Source of the DNA: Phaeosaccion multiseriatum
Taxonomy: Eukaryota; Protista; Ochrophyta, other classes
Assembly: GCA_965112735.1 (NCBI GenBank)
Contig: OZ218958.1
Coordinates: 2,790,001-2,854,000, forward strand
Direction of reading: 5' to 3'
Length of the DNA stretch: 64,000 bases
Shown here one piece after another: positions 11,638-23,159 of this stretch; positions within the stretch are counted from its first letter, which is position 1, and each line of letters opens with the position of its first letter. The notes under the pieces were generated by a model. That model was not told where the DNA came from and made no database searches. It saw nothing but the letters and a program-made list of their open reading frames with translations. The position numbers and the translations under genes are program-made.

Positions 11638-14235
11638 ATGAAGAGCGTGGACTACCGTGTCCCTTGGGGGTGAGTACGGCTTGGGGGAAAGCCTTCATTG
11701 ATCGAGCTGCTGCTGGTGGTTGTGCCGGTATTACTGTAGAATAACAAAGCTATGGGGGAGGGCCTTACAACCTGTCCACAGGCAGCTCCCCATCCCTCTG
11801 AGGTGCACCATCCGTGATATCTGGAAACCCAGCCATCCCAAGCTGACGATAACGCTCTTTGCTTTCACTGGTTCTTGTCCTTCACACAGGCGGCCAGCAG
11901 AGGATGTGCTTGCTCTGAAGAGAGACGCCACTCAGCAAAGTCTCCATGTGGAGCGGGTACTGTCGCAAAGGAAGCTTGTTGACGACCAGACGCCCAACTG
12001 CTTCAGCTTACCCCACCTATACACACGTGCCAAGAAGGTCCAGGTGAGCCGTGGGGGGGAGAGAGAGGGGGGAAAGGGCAGTATGCGCTGATACGCGCGA
12101 GCAGGATTGAGCAGAATGCCATGAAGCTGGAAGGAAAGCTCCGATGTAGCGGAGTTCGTGTGTAGAAGATACTGGCACAAAGACTTGGACGTAGCAAGGG
12201 GCTGCATGTTCTGTATGAGACAGCAGAAGTGGCACTGGAGCTCTGAAGAAGCACTACCGAGCAGCGGATCCGGCTCTGCCTGGCACAGCGTCTAATTCTC
12301 CCGCCTTTCAACTCAATGCCCCCCCTCAGTCCTCCTCTATACCCGCCTCCTTTCTGTACGTGCCCACCTGTGCGTCCGTGTGTGTGTGTTTGCTCATTCT
12401 CACGCGTTCTGCTTGCCTTCGAAGTCCGAACTCGGACCGCCGAACCTAACCCCTTTCTAACAACGAACGAACGAACCTTCATCTCTACCCAACGGCTTCT
12501 CACAGCTGGAGACGGCTCGGAGGCAGAAGATCGCCACGGACAACTCTGTCCTCATGACAAAGCTTGTGGCCATCATGAACGAAGAGCGTAAGAACGAGGT
12601 GCGGCGCTACCCTCACCTCAGCCAGGAGAGCAGGGCCACGCAGCGCAGGAAGAAGGCGCTCAAACTGCAAAAGGACAATAGGCGGATCGCAGACGTGAGT
12701 GCGTGAGTGACGGTGGGCGTGCGTATGTGCGTGCGTGTGTGCTTGTGTGCGTTGGTGGTCCTCTCTCTTGGTTTTTGCCGTCGCTTTAAATTCCTCTCCG
12801 GCATACATACCATTGGGACGGCTTCGCTTACTCGTATCTCGAAGGCTCGGTCGGTGAACCATGTGCCTCCAGAGCGTCCATGGCCACTTGGCCCCAACCG
12901 TTCCTCTTGCGAGTACCCAGCTCTTGTACAAAATTCTCTTGTCCTTCCTGTCTTGCTCCTGCTTCTGCTCCTCCGTCTCTCCCTCTCACGCACACCTTCC
13001 CCCCTCCCTTCTATTTACTCCCTCCCCCACCATCCCCACAATCGCCATGATAAACACAGGGCATCAAGCAGCAGAACCCCTACTACAGTAACGCCAAACT
13101 CGCAGAGGCCGAGAAAGACCGGCAACATGTCCTCAAGACCATGTCCAGGAGTGAGCGGCGGAAGGAGCGAGCGAGATCGCTCAAGCGCACTATGGAACGC
13201 GCGGGGACCATTCTCTACTCTGCAAACGCCTTGAACTTCGGAGGAGGAAGGGGGGGGGTAAGGGGGGGCGCGGGACCAAATGGGGCAACAGCTCAGAGCT
13301 CGACAACGAGTGGGATGATGGGAAAAGGTGTGATTTTCAACGGCTCGGAGGACGGAAACACCCCTCCTTTGGTGCTCAGGACGGCAAAGCAAATGCGAGA
13401 GGAGGTGGCGAGGGCCAGGGGAGGGGGTGCGGGAGGGGAGACGCTGCCACCCGGCTTGGGGGTGAGTTTGGGGCCCCACTCTCCTGGGGATGGGGCGGGT
13501 GGATTTGGGATACGGGAAGAGGAAGACGAGGACGAAGAAGACGAAGAAGGAGGGGGGGGCAGGAGGGGCCGAGGAAGGGGTAGTGGCAGTGGAAGGGTTG
13601 TGTCGGCCTCTTCATTTATGGCCGCGACACCCAATCCGAGGCCCAATACAATATCCCTGGTGGGCGGGGCCGGGGTGCACAGCCAGAGTCAAGTGGTGTT
13701 GGAGATGCACCACGCAGGGCGGAGGAGAGAAGGAGGGGGAGGGGGTGGCATGCGGAGGAGGGGCAGGAGCGGCTCAGTGCCGGTGGGCAGCGACGACAAC
13801 GACTACGGGTACGACAATGACATTTACAACAATAGCAACAACAACAACAACAACAGCAACGGCAACAACAACTTTAACAGTAGCAGTGGTAGCGTTTGCA
13901 GCAGCAGCAGCAGCAGGGGCAAGGGCCCCCGGATAGCAAGAGGGAGCAAGAGCAGTGGAGGTCGGCAACAACAAGACGATGTGGGCGCGTGTATGCTCTT
14001 CACCCCCACTGTCTCCCTGTCTACAGTTAACGCTGCCTCAGCCGCAGACTTGAGATTCGCTCCCCTCTGTCCGTCCGGCAGCGGCAGCAGCGTAGTAGGA
14101 GCAGCTCGGCCCTCTGCTGATGCTCCCGGGAGGGAGAGGGGGGAGGAAGGGGAGGAAGCGGGACCAAGAGAAAGCAGTAGTGGGCCGCATTCACCAGGCG
14201 ACGCCGGCGAAGGTCAGGGGCGAGAAGGGGACTAG
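11638..14235 (+). CDS. CFAP97/KIAA1430 (Hemingway)-domain ciliary protein with low-complexity tail; exons 11638-11669, 11890-12043, 12506-12694, 13060-14235
   Basis: GT-AG splicing keeps the frame. The product contains HVERVLSQRKLVDDQTP..PHLYTRAKKVQLETARRQKIATDNSVLMTKLVAI..RRKKALKLQKDNRRIADGIKQQNPYYS, which matches the CFAP97 domain pattern as recognised from memory. Confidence 0.7.
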
Positions 14236-14580
14236 ATAAGAAGACGTCGCTTTCCGTATAGTGTAGCTCTGGCCACCCCCGGGGGGGAGGAAGAGGCTAA
14301 CTGATATATGACGACGCCCTTTCGTCCATAGGAAGTCTTTAGATGTACATACTTCGAGATGGGAAATCATATATTGTTATCCTTCTTAGCTCAGCTCTGC
14401 ACATCTCTCACCTCCATCTACGGTAGATATATGTATGTACATCCGTAAAGGGGGATTCCCTTTCGCTGTGCCCTCTCCGCGGACTATAAAGCGAAGCTCA
14501 GCTCAACGTGATGGTGCGTGTGTTTGTGCTGTTGGTTGACAGGTGCTTCACCACTGCTTGACCACTGCTTGACCACTGCT

Positions 14581-15757
14581 CTACTCTTGCGCCTTCGCTT
14601 GTTGCGCTCCGAAGAAAATGTCGCCATACTGAGTGTTGCTCAGCTCCACGAGCTTGTCGTAGTTCTGAAGGTCTGTGGGCAGGTAGCACAGATAGTCAAG
14701 ATGGAGACATCCACGGGCAGTTTCAGTTTCGGTGAGTGGACAATAGGATAAAGGAGATTCTGCTTTGTGTCGGCAGAGAGATAGTTGGAGTTGACGCAGG
14801 AAGTAGGGAGGAGGCGAGGATTGTTCTCCACAGACAACCGAATCGAATAGAAGAGGAGAGACTCGAATGGAAGAGAAGAGGACTTGATCTCCAGTGCTAT
14901 CTCGATGGAGGGGGGCGGTTGAACGTGAGGGAGAGGGACAAAGCAGAGAGCCCGCTTGCTCCTTTCAAAGGCCAAACCCTTTTCAGGCAAGTACAGCTAC
15001 CACCACCCCACTCCGCCACTCTCTCGGCCCTTGCTGTCTCTGTGCGTGACTCGGTCTCCCTCCCTCTCCTTCTTCTCCACTCTGTCTCCCTCTCTCTCTG
15101 CCCTCCCTCCCTCTCTCCCTTTCTGTGTCTCTCAGTCTCCCTCCCGACCTTCCTCTCTCCTTCTACCTCAACTCTCCCACTCACCCACCTCTTGCTCTCT
15201 CCCATTCTCTCCCCCTCTCTCTCATTCGCTCTCTCTCTCTCTCTCTCTCTGCCCTCTTACCAAAGTCATGCCCGAAATCCGATGACTTGAACTCTTGTAG
15301 CTCTGATGCATCGTCCCCCGTGTGCCCGAGGATCTCCACGTAGTCCGTCTCGTACGTGTTCCCTGGTTGCATAGCGACCTGCAAATACAATCATCATCAG
15401 CCAGAAAGAGTCGTGCGTTAATCGTGCGAAAGATGGTGTCAGTCATGCCCGTATGCTCTTGTACCATTTTCCCGTGTGCCCTGGGGATTGATGTTCCTTC
15501 ACACCATTTGCCCCGCACAATCATTCACATTCGTACCTGAATCTGGGCTCCATCCGAGGCCTGAATCATCGCTCGACCCTCCTCCTGGTTCTGAGAAATC
15601 ACCTTGCCCACTAACGCCACAATCATGTTCGGCATGGTCTTCATCAGTCGGCCGTTCACGCGGGGCGTCACGCCTGGTTCTTGGGTGGCCTGTTGCTCGG
15701 GCCGGGTTGGGTAGGGGACGGTCAAGTATGGAGTGGAGAGGGTGGGGGGGTGGGGAG

Positions 15758-15846
<89 letters not shown>

Positions 15847-16213
15847 TGTGAAAAGGGGAAGTCGGGAATGCGCGATGAGAGAAACGAAGGGAGGGAGGAA
15901 AAGGGGGGGTCCGATCAGAGCCAACGAAGCGCCTTGAGGAGGGGGAGGACACAAGCTCTCGAGAAGAAAGGGAGGGGGGGATGGAATGAGAGGGGAGAGG
16001 GCGAATGCGGAGTTGGTTCCCGCCCTGCAGCACCCGTCAGGACCATTGGAGGGGGAAGTCAGCTAGCAGGGGCCACAGACACTGAGCAAGGTCTTAGCTA
16101 TTGATTTGAGCTGATGGGGAGGTGAGATTAGAGATGCGGAGGCCAGCAGTGACAACATCGCTGAGTACTGACAAGTGCGACAACACCTTCACAACCCCAC
16201 TCACCTCAGTCAT
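14581..16213 (-). CDS. RPA3: Replication protein A 14 kDa subunit; exons 16205-16213, 15537-15689, 15261-15378, 14581-14672
   Basis: Spliced product of ~123 aa: TPRVNGRLM..IVALVGKV..IQASDG..YVEILG..SDFGHDFDLQNYDKLVEL..IF. This is the typical RPA14 OB-fold pattern and size. Confidence 0.85.
15761..15843. repeat. (AG)n microsatellite in RPA3 intron 1
   Basis: About 40 perfect AG units. Confidence 0.95.
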
Positions 16214-16482
16214 GACGATAAGTACGACCTATTTATTACAGCAATGAGTCTTTTGGTTGGGTTGTGGTTGTTAAAATTGTGTCGAGAATCTGCTTGATGT
16301 GTTTGAATTGATCGGCCCATCCAGTGCCATCTCCTTGGGTTTAAATTTTGGACTCGAGCGCATTACATTGTAGGTAGCAAAGAGCGAGCAGAGGGAAGAG
16401 AACGAAGGGTGAGGAGTGGCAGGAGCTGTCCCCTGTTGCTTACTCTAGGCGGAGGCTATTCAAGGATCTCTTGTGGCTAAGC

Positions 16483-17241
16483 ATGTCGGAGCAGGAGGGC
16501 ATGCAGGGGGCAAGCGAGAGAGGGGCGGGGCAGCAGGAGGAGATGGTGAACCAGCAGCAGGAGGAGCAGCATCAGCAGGTTCCGGAGGAGGAGAAGGGGG
16601 AGGAGGGGGCGAGCGCAGGGGAAGATAAGGGCGAAGAAACTGGGGGCGGGGGGGGCGAAGCCGGACCGGAGACCGCGGGTGTAAGCGAAGAGGGCGGTGG
16701 CGAGGGGGAGATGGCTGCTGCCGAGGAGGGGACCACTGGGATTCAAACAGCAGAAGGGGGGGAGGTGGAGGAGGGGGGAGAGCAACAAGACCGGGCCGCG
16801 TTGGAAGCCAGCGTCGAGGAAGAGGGGACGGTCGCAGCAGCTATGGAGGGGGGGGGTGAGGTGGAGGAGGGGGGAGAGCAACAAGACCGGGCCGCGTTGG
16901 AAGCCAACGTCGAGGAAGAGGGGACAGTCGCAGCAGCTATGGAGGGGGGGGGTGAGGCTACTCCTGCGACGGAGGGGGAAGCGATGGAAACTGAGGCTGC
17001 TACTGCTGCTGCTGCTGCCCCTGTCTATGGCGACGAAGCCGTGGGCGGGGGGGGGGGGGAGGGTCAAGAAACAGTGGAGGCAATAGAGGTACAGGCCAAA
17101 CTGAAGCCAGGACAAGGGTCGGCTGATAAGGAGAGCCTGAATGTGCGGCTCGACAAGGCCAAGCATATCAAGCGCTCCATGTCGGCCTGGATGCACTTCC
17201 TCGGCGACACCAGAGAGCAGGCAAGTACCGCAGTAAGCGTA

Positions 17242-17278
<37 letters not shown>

Positions 17279-18901
17279 TAGAGAGAGCATGCAAGTGCGA
17301 AGAGTAGAGAGAAGCAGGCAAGTAAATTCATGTAGGCAGGAACAATGAACAGGGAGTGGGGCATGAAAAGCAGGCAAGTACCCGTAGTAAGACTATTCAG
17401 ACAGAAGAGTGAGAGGGCGAGGGCGAGCAAGAGGAAGATGGACATGTATGCTCCCTAGCTAACCCACCCACCCAACCTTCCCGCCTTCTAACCCGTAGCC
17501 TCATCTACTGCCATCCCATCTACTGCCCTCCGTCCCCACACACAAAGGTCATGGCTGACAGCCCCGGTATCTCCGTGGGGGGGCTCACCAAGGCGGCGTC
17601 CGTGCTGTGGAAGGGCCTCAGCCCCGAGGGGCGAGTCAAGTTCGATGAGATGGCAGCCAAAGACAAGGAGCGCATGCAGGAGGAACTCGCGGCGGTGGGG
17701 CTTACAACCATGCCTAAAAAGTACGTTACACTGTAGAACCAACGTGCGAGCATGATCATGTCTGTCCCTGTACATGCCCACCATCACAACCACAGTTGGC
17801 CGAATATGACTGCTGGCCAACATGATTGACCAACCTGCAACCCCACCCCAACCCAAATCATTTCCCTACCCCCAACTCGAACCCACCCCAACTCAACAAC
17901 ACAAACGAACAAAACAAACAAATCGAACAACAACAGATCGCCCAACGCCGGAGGGGTCGATGCTACAACGGGTGCGGCCCTCGGGCCCGCAGATACGACC
18001 GAGATCGTGCTGCCCCTTGCTCGCATCCGCAAGACCATTCGTCTCGACGAGGACGTGAAGCAGGTAGGGAGGAGAGTGTTCAATCATTGACTGATGCCCA
18101 CTCCGTTGCCCACTCTGATGCCCATCGACATTGATACCAACGCTCTGATACCAACTCTCTCATGCCCACTCCAATGCCCACTCCGATGCCCAACTCCACT
18201 CAGATCTCAGCCGAGGCGGTGCGGTGCGTGGCCAAGGCAACGGAGTTATTCATCGCCCTCATGGCGCAGCGGTCGTGGGGATTCGCCAAGCAGACGGGGA
18301 GGAGGGGCGTCAAAGAACGTGCGTGTTGTGGTTGTGTGTTGTGTTGTGTTGTGTTGTGTGTGTGTGCTGTGTGTGTATGTGTGTATGTGTTTGTGTTTCT
18401 CTCCTCTCTCGTTTTCTCTCTCCCACTCTGTATGTCTTCACTCATCTCGTCCTCACCACGCGCTCGCGTGTGTATGTGTGTTTGGTTTCTGCAGGTGACG
18501 TGGCGGACTACATTCAAGGGGCCCCCGAGCTTCATTTCCTCAAGGACGAGATACCAATTGCAGCCCCATCTTCCACCGCAGGCGGACGAGGAGGAGGAGG
18601 AGGAGGAGGAGGAGGAGGAGGAGGGGCAGAGATGCACGAGTCGGGAGACCGCAAGCGCAAGGCCGCACCGGAGGTGAAGCAAGGGAAGGCCGCCATTACG
18701 GGCTTCTTCAAAGCGGCGAAGAAGCCTGCCCCCAGCCCAGAGGAGCACGAGGCCACAGCAGTTGGTGATACACCAGCAGTGGCAGCTGTTGGTACGGCAG
18801 AGGCGGTGGTACCAGCAGAAGCAGCAGCAGCAGCAGTTGAGGAGGAGGGAGAGGATGAGGCGGTAGCATCGTCCTTGCAGCCGGAGGAGGTCCCTGCTTA
18901 G
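16483..18901 (+). CDS. HMG-box plus H2A-type histone-fold protein (DPB3/POLE4/CHRAC15/NF-YC-like) with acidic N-terminus; 5 exons
   Basis: HMG box: IKRSMSAWMHF..REQ|VMADSPGISVGGLTKAASVLWKGLSPEGRVKFDEMAAKDKERMQEE. Histone fold: LPLARIRKTIRLDEDVKQ|ISAEAVRCVAKATELFIALMAQRSW..RRGVKE..DVADYIQGAPELHFLKD. The first intron uses a GC donor (CAG|GCAAGT at 17221). Confidence 0.8.
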
Positions 18902-20734
18902 AGCAGCGCTGGAGCCTGTGTGGGTACCTGTTCCGCCCCTCTGCTGCTTGCTTCGTGGGGTTGGGTCCTGGGCAGCAACTGGGACCCCCAACCCAGCCAA
19001 GAAGGTCTGCTCGTGCGTTAGTGCGCGAGCGGTACTTTCGGCGCACTTCGGGCATTAATTCATTATTTCTATGTAAATGTGCATCAGAATACACCACGTC
19101 GCCAAGTGCTTCCTTCTAGCTCTATTCTCTATCCCCTTCTCTCTCCCCCTCTTTGCTTATCTCTGTCTCTCTCTCTCTCTATATATATATATATACATAT
19201 AAGTATCGAAAGGCCCTCTCGTCTCTGATCGAAGGGCCTTTCACACACGCGCACACACTCACAAGCGCGCACACGCCCACGCCCCGTCTGCCTGCCTCCG
19301 ACGTCGTCGCCGCTGACAGCTTGTGGCGTTGTGTTGCTCCCCTCCCTCGCGCTCGAGAAAGGAGCCAACCGCAGACGGAAAGGGTTCCCATTTCCCTCCT
19401 ACTACTTAGTACTTCGTAGTAACCCAAAAGAAGTCGGGAAAAGAAAGATTAGAAAGAACATGGGTGAAAGTTGACCTCTTCGTCATCGTATGTCGATGCT
19501 TTTCCAACCGCCTTTCCCACTCTGGCGCAACCAAACGCTTGGGACGCCGCAGCAAAGAGCGCAGAGCACCGAGAGAGTCTGGGCGTTTGATGACAGGGAA
19601 TTAAGTAGCGAGCGTAGAGCACCGAGAGAGTCTTGGCTGGCTGTGGTGCAAGCGCAGACAGCGGCGGTAGTGAGAGGAGGGAGAGAAGATGGCGCGGTGG
19701 GCTCACGGCCCGGCAGACGGCAAGAAGAAGGCCCGGCGTGTCTTGCGGGTGGCTCTGAGAGGGGCAGGTGGCCTCAGCTGCAACGACCTTCACCGAGCAA
19801 GGCGTCTTCGCGCGCTTGCTGTCCGAGCGTTGCTCATCTTCGTGATACTGAAGATGCGGAGAGCAGCGTGGAATCTCGTGGTCGCTGCCGGCTTGCTGGT
19901 GATACTGGTGATACGGCGGCGACGGAGACTGCTACGAGGGCAGCCCTTCTTGTGATCAGAACCCTGGTGCGCCCGCCTTTGGCCATCGCAGCATTCACAG
20001 AAGACAGAAGACACGTCCTGGGCCTACCTCCGCTTCCAAGTCGCAGACGTCGCCCGGCTGCTCGTCCTGCTCCAGCTGCCACCTCTCCTGCGAGCCTCGA
20101 ATGGGTGTACATGGACTGTTGAGGAGGGGCTCATCCTTTATTTGGTGCGCCTGTCGAGCTCAAAGACGCTGGAGGATGTCGACTCCTGACGCGCTATCCG
20201 CTATCGGCCGGGCGGCCGATAGCGTGCTATCGAGAATGTGGGCGATAGCGCGTTAGGGGTCGAGGAGGACCTCAGCGAGCAGTATGGAAGAGAGTTTTTC
20301 AGAGTCTTTCTTGTGGCTGGTACAAGACCACATTTTCCACATGTGGGCAGGAGTACCCAAGCTCGTGAAGTCTGTGCACAAGTTTCGACATCATATCTTT
20401 AGAAATTATAGTCAGAGAGTAGGAGGGCGGGATACGGAGCCCGTGTCGTCTGTGGGAGTGCCATGGCTCCCTTCCTCCCCGGGTAGGATTCAAACGATTG
20501 ATGGGGCTATCCATTCTCAACAAACGCGACGACCACCATCGTGAATAACAACAGCTTTTACGTAGTATGTAGTTTCTATTTGGAAAAGGACAGACATCTT
20601 CCCAACTTTGCACGTGCTCTACGTCCGGGATTCCCGCTCCTCAATCGGCTCGGGAAAACGATCGAGGAAAGGGATTTGGGGAAGAAAATCGCAGACACCC
20701 TAATGAAGGGTGTCACAGCCTTATCACAGTCTTG

Positions 20735-22649
20735 TCACAGCTTAAGATCGCGCGCCGTAACCGCGTAGTCCCTCTCCAGCCTGTCCACCAAACGACCGTA
20801 GAGGTCAGCGGTGTCAGGACAGGACTCGGGAGGACAGGCGTCAGAGGTGTCAGGACCGTCGACGCGAAAGATGGTGCTGAAGAAGTCGCTGGTGGGCAGC
20901 AACTGGGGAATGGCGGTCTCCCTCACGAAAGGGAAGAGTCTCTCTAAGAGCTCCGTCGTCGAACCCAGCATGCCCCCTAGGCCGCGATGGCTAGGTAGTA
21001 CAGCAGTTGGTGACACAGCAGTTGGTGATACAGCCCCATCGCCCCTGCTGCTGCCGTCTTGGACCGACCCCCACAGCTGCAGCTCGACGCCTTCAAGAAT
21101 CGTGCTCCTCGGGCGACGACTGCTACTGCGGTGGTGTTTCCGCTGTATCATCAACTGCTGCTGCTGCTGTTGTTGCTGCTGCTGCTGCTCCTCCTGCTCA
21201 CCATACGCCCCTAGCCTCTCATCCCTACGTGCCCACCCTTCGCTTCCTCCCCTCTCGTTACCCCCACCCTCCTCACCCTCCTTACCCTGACCCTGGCTCT
21301 GACCCTGACCCTGACCCTCCTCACGACCGTCCTCAGAGCGACAGTAGACGCCCTCGTCCTTGTCCTCCGGCCCGCTCCCCTCTCGCACGAAGGGAAGGCG
21401 AAGGCTCCCTCCCCCGCCACTTCTCTCGTCTCCACTCCTTTCGTACATCTCCTCATACCGAGTCCTTTCGTGTCTCTGTGTACGCCAACTCGGAGTCCTC
21501 TTTCCCTCGCCCTGCCCACCCTTAATACCTTCTGCTTCTTCTTCTTCTTCTTCTTCTTCTTCTTCTTCTTCGTCTTCTTCAGCTTCACCATGATGAAGCC
21601 GGTCCACCAGCCCCCGGGGGCCACTACCACCACCCTTCCCATCACCCCTCCTCCTCCTCTGCCGCCTCCTGCCTCCTGCTGCCTCGCCTTGCTGGGCATC
21701 AAGAGCTCGAGCAGTGCCCACCACACGCCGGCGGCGAGACACCCCACTGCAGTTGTTGCCAGTGCTGTGAGTCTTTGTGTTGTCCGTGAGGCGCTCAAAC
21801 ACATTTTTACCTGTGCTCGTCGAGGTCTTGACCCCCCTCCTCCCTGACCTTGATCCTCGTGCTGACCCTGACCCTGCCCCTATCCCTGACCCTGACCCTG
21901 GTCGTGGGCGCAGGACTCCCTGTGGCCTCCTTGCTGCTGCTGCTGCTGCTGTATCACCAACTGCTTCTGCTGCTTCTACTGCACCCACTCCCTCACTACC
22001 ATTGGCACTGATCGCCCCCCCTTGACGAGAAGTCGACCCCGATCCTGCAACCGACCCCGACGCAGCCGAGAGGCCCTTCCTCCGTAGGTTCAAGAGCTGC
22101 TGCTGCTTCCTTTCCTTCCTCTCCTTCCTCTCCTCCTTGTCCTTGTCCTTCTCCTTGTCCTTCTGCATCTGGGCAAACTCCCCTCTACCCCACCTCGTGC
22201 TCGTCTTCGCCAGAGTCGCAGTCTCATTCCAGGACAGCCTCTCAGAGACGATGCTTCGAGGCTGAGACCGACGCAGCAGCGAGTGGACACCACCTGAGCT
22301 TGAAGATGAAGGGGCACTTGATGCTGAAGTTGAAGGGGCCGTTGTAGCACGCCAGTTGCGTGGCGGAGGGCGCAATAGCTCCAAACCCGAAGCCGAACCC
22401 GAAACGGGAGGACAAGAAGGCGGAGCAGGGGGGAGGGGAGGGGGAGGAGGGAAGCTTACCAGGCCCTCCTCCTCCTCGTCCTCCTCCTCCTCACGTCCAA
22501 GGCAAAGGACGTCGTCACCAACCCTGCTGCTGCAAGGACTTGGGCCCTCCTCCTCCTCCTGCTGCTGCGGCGGCTGCTGCTTCTCCTCCTCCTCTTCCTC
22601 CTCCTCCTCTTTCTCCTTATCCTCTTCTTCTTCCTCCTCCTCCTCCTCC

Positions 22650-22689
<40 letters not shown>

Positions 22690-23127
22690 CCTCCTCCTCC
22701 TTCTCTACCACCACCGCCTTCTCTTCCTTCTGCTCCATCTCTGTCTCCTTTGTCTCAGCCCCAGTTTGAGCTTGAACTTGAGCATGAGTTTGGCTTTCAC
22801 CCCATTCACTGGCGGGGCCTTCGACCAGGCCACTTCCTCGCTCCATCCTCTCCTCCTCTGATGCACCCTTCTCCTCTGACTTTCCACTTTCCTCCTCCTC
22901 TTCCCCCTCCTCGTCCTCCCCCTTCTCCTCCTCCTCCTCCTCCTCCTCCTCCTCCTCCTCCTCCTCCTCCTCCTCCTCCTCCTCCTCCTCCTCCTCCTCC
23001 TCCTCCTTCTCCTTCTCCTCCTCCCCGCCCCCCTCCCCCTCCTTCTCCTTCTCCTCCTCCCCCTCCTCCTCCCCCTCCTCCTTCTTCTTCTCCTCCTTCT
23101 CCTCCTTCTCCTCCTCACCACCATCAC

Positions 23128-23159
<32 letters not shown>

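Noticed and set aside
19440-20730. ORFs of 70-210 aa between the HMG gene and the large acidic gene
   Set aside because: They overlap on both strands, lack motifs, and are expected by chance in GC-rich DNA.
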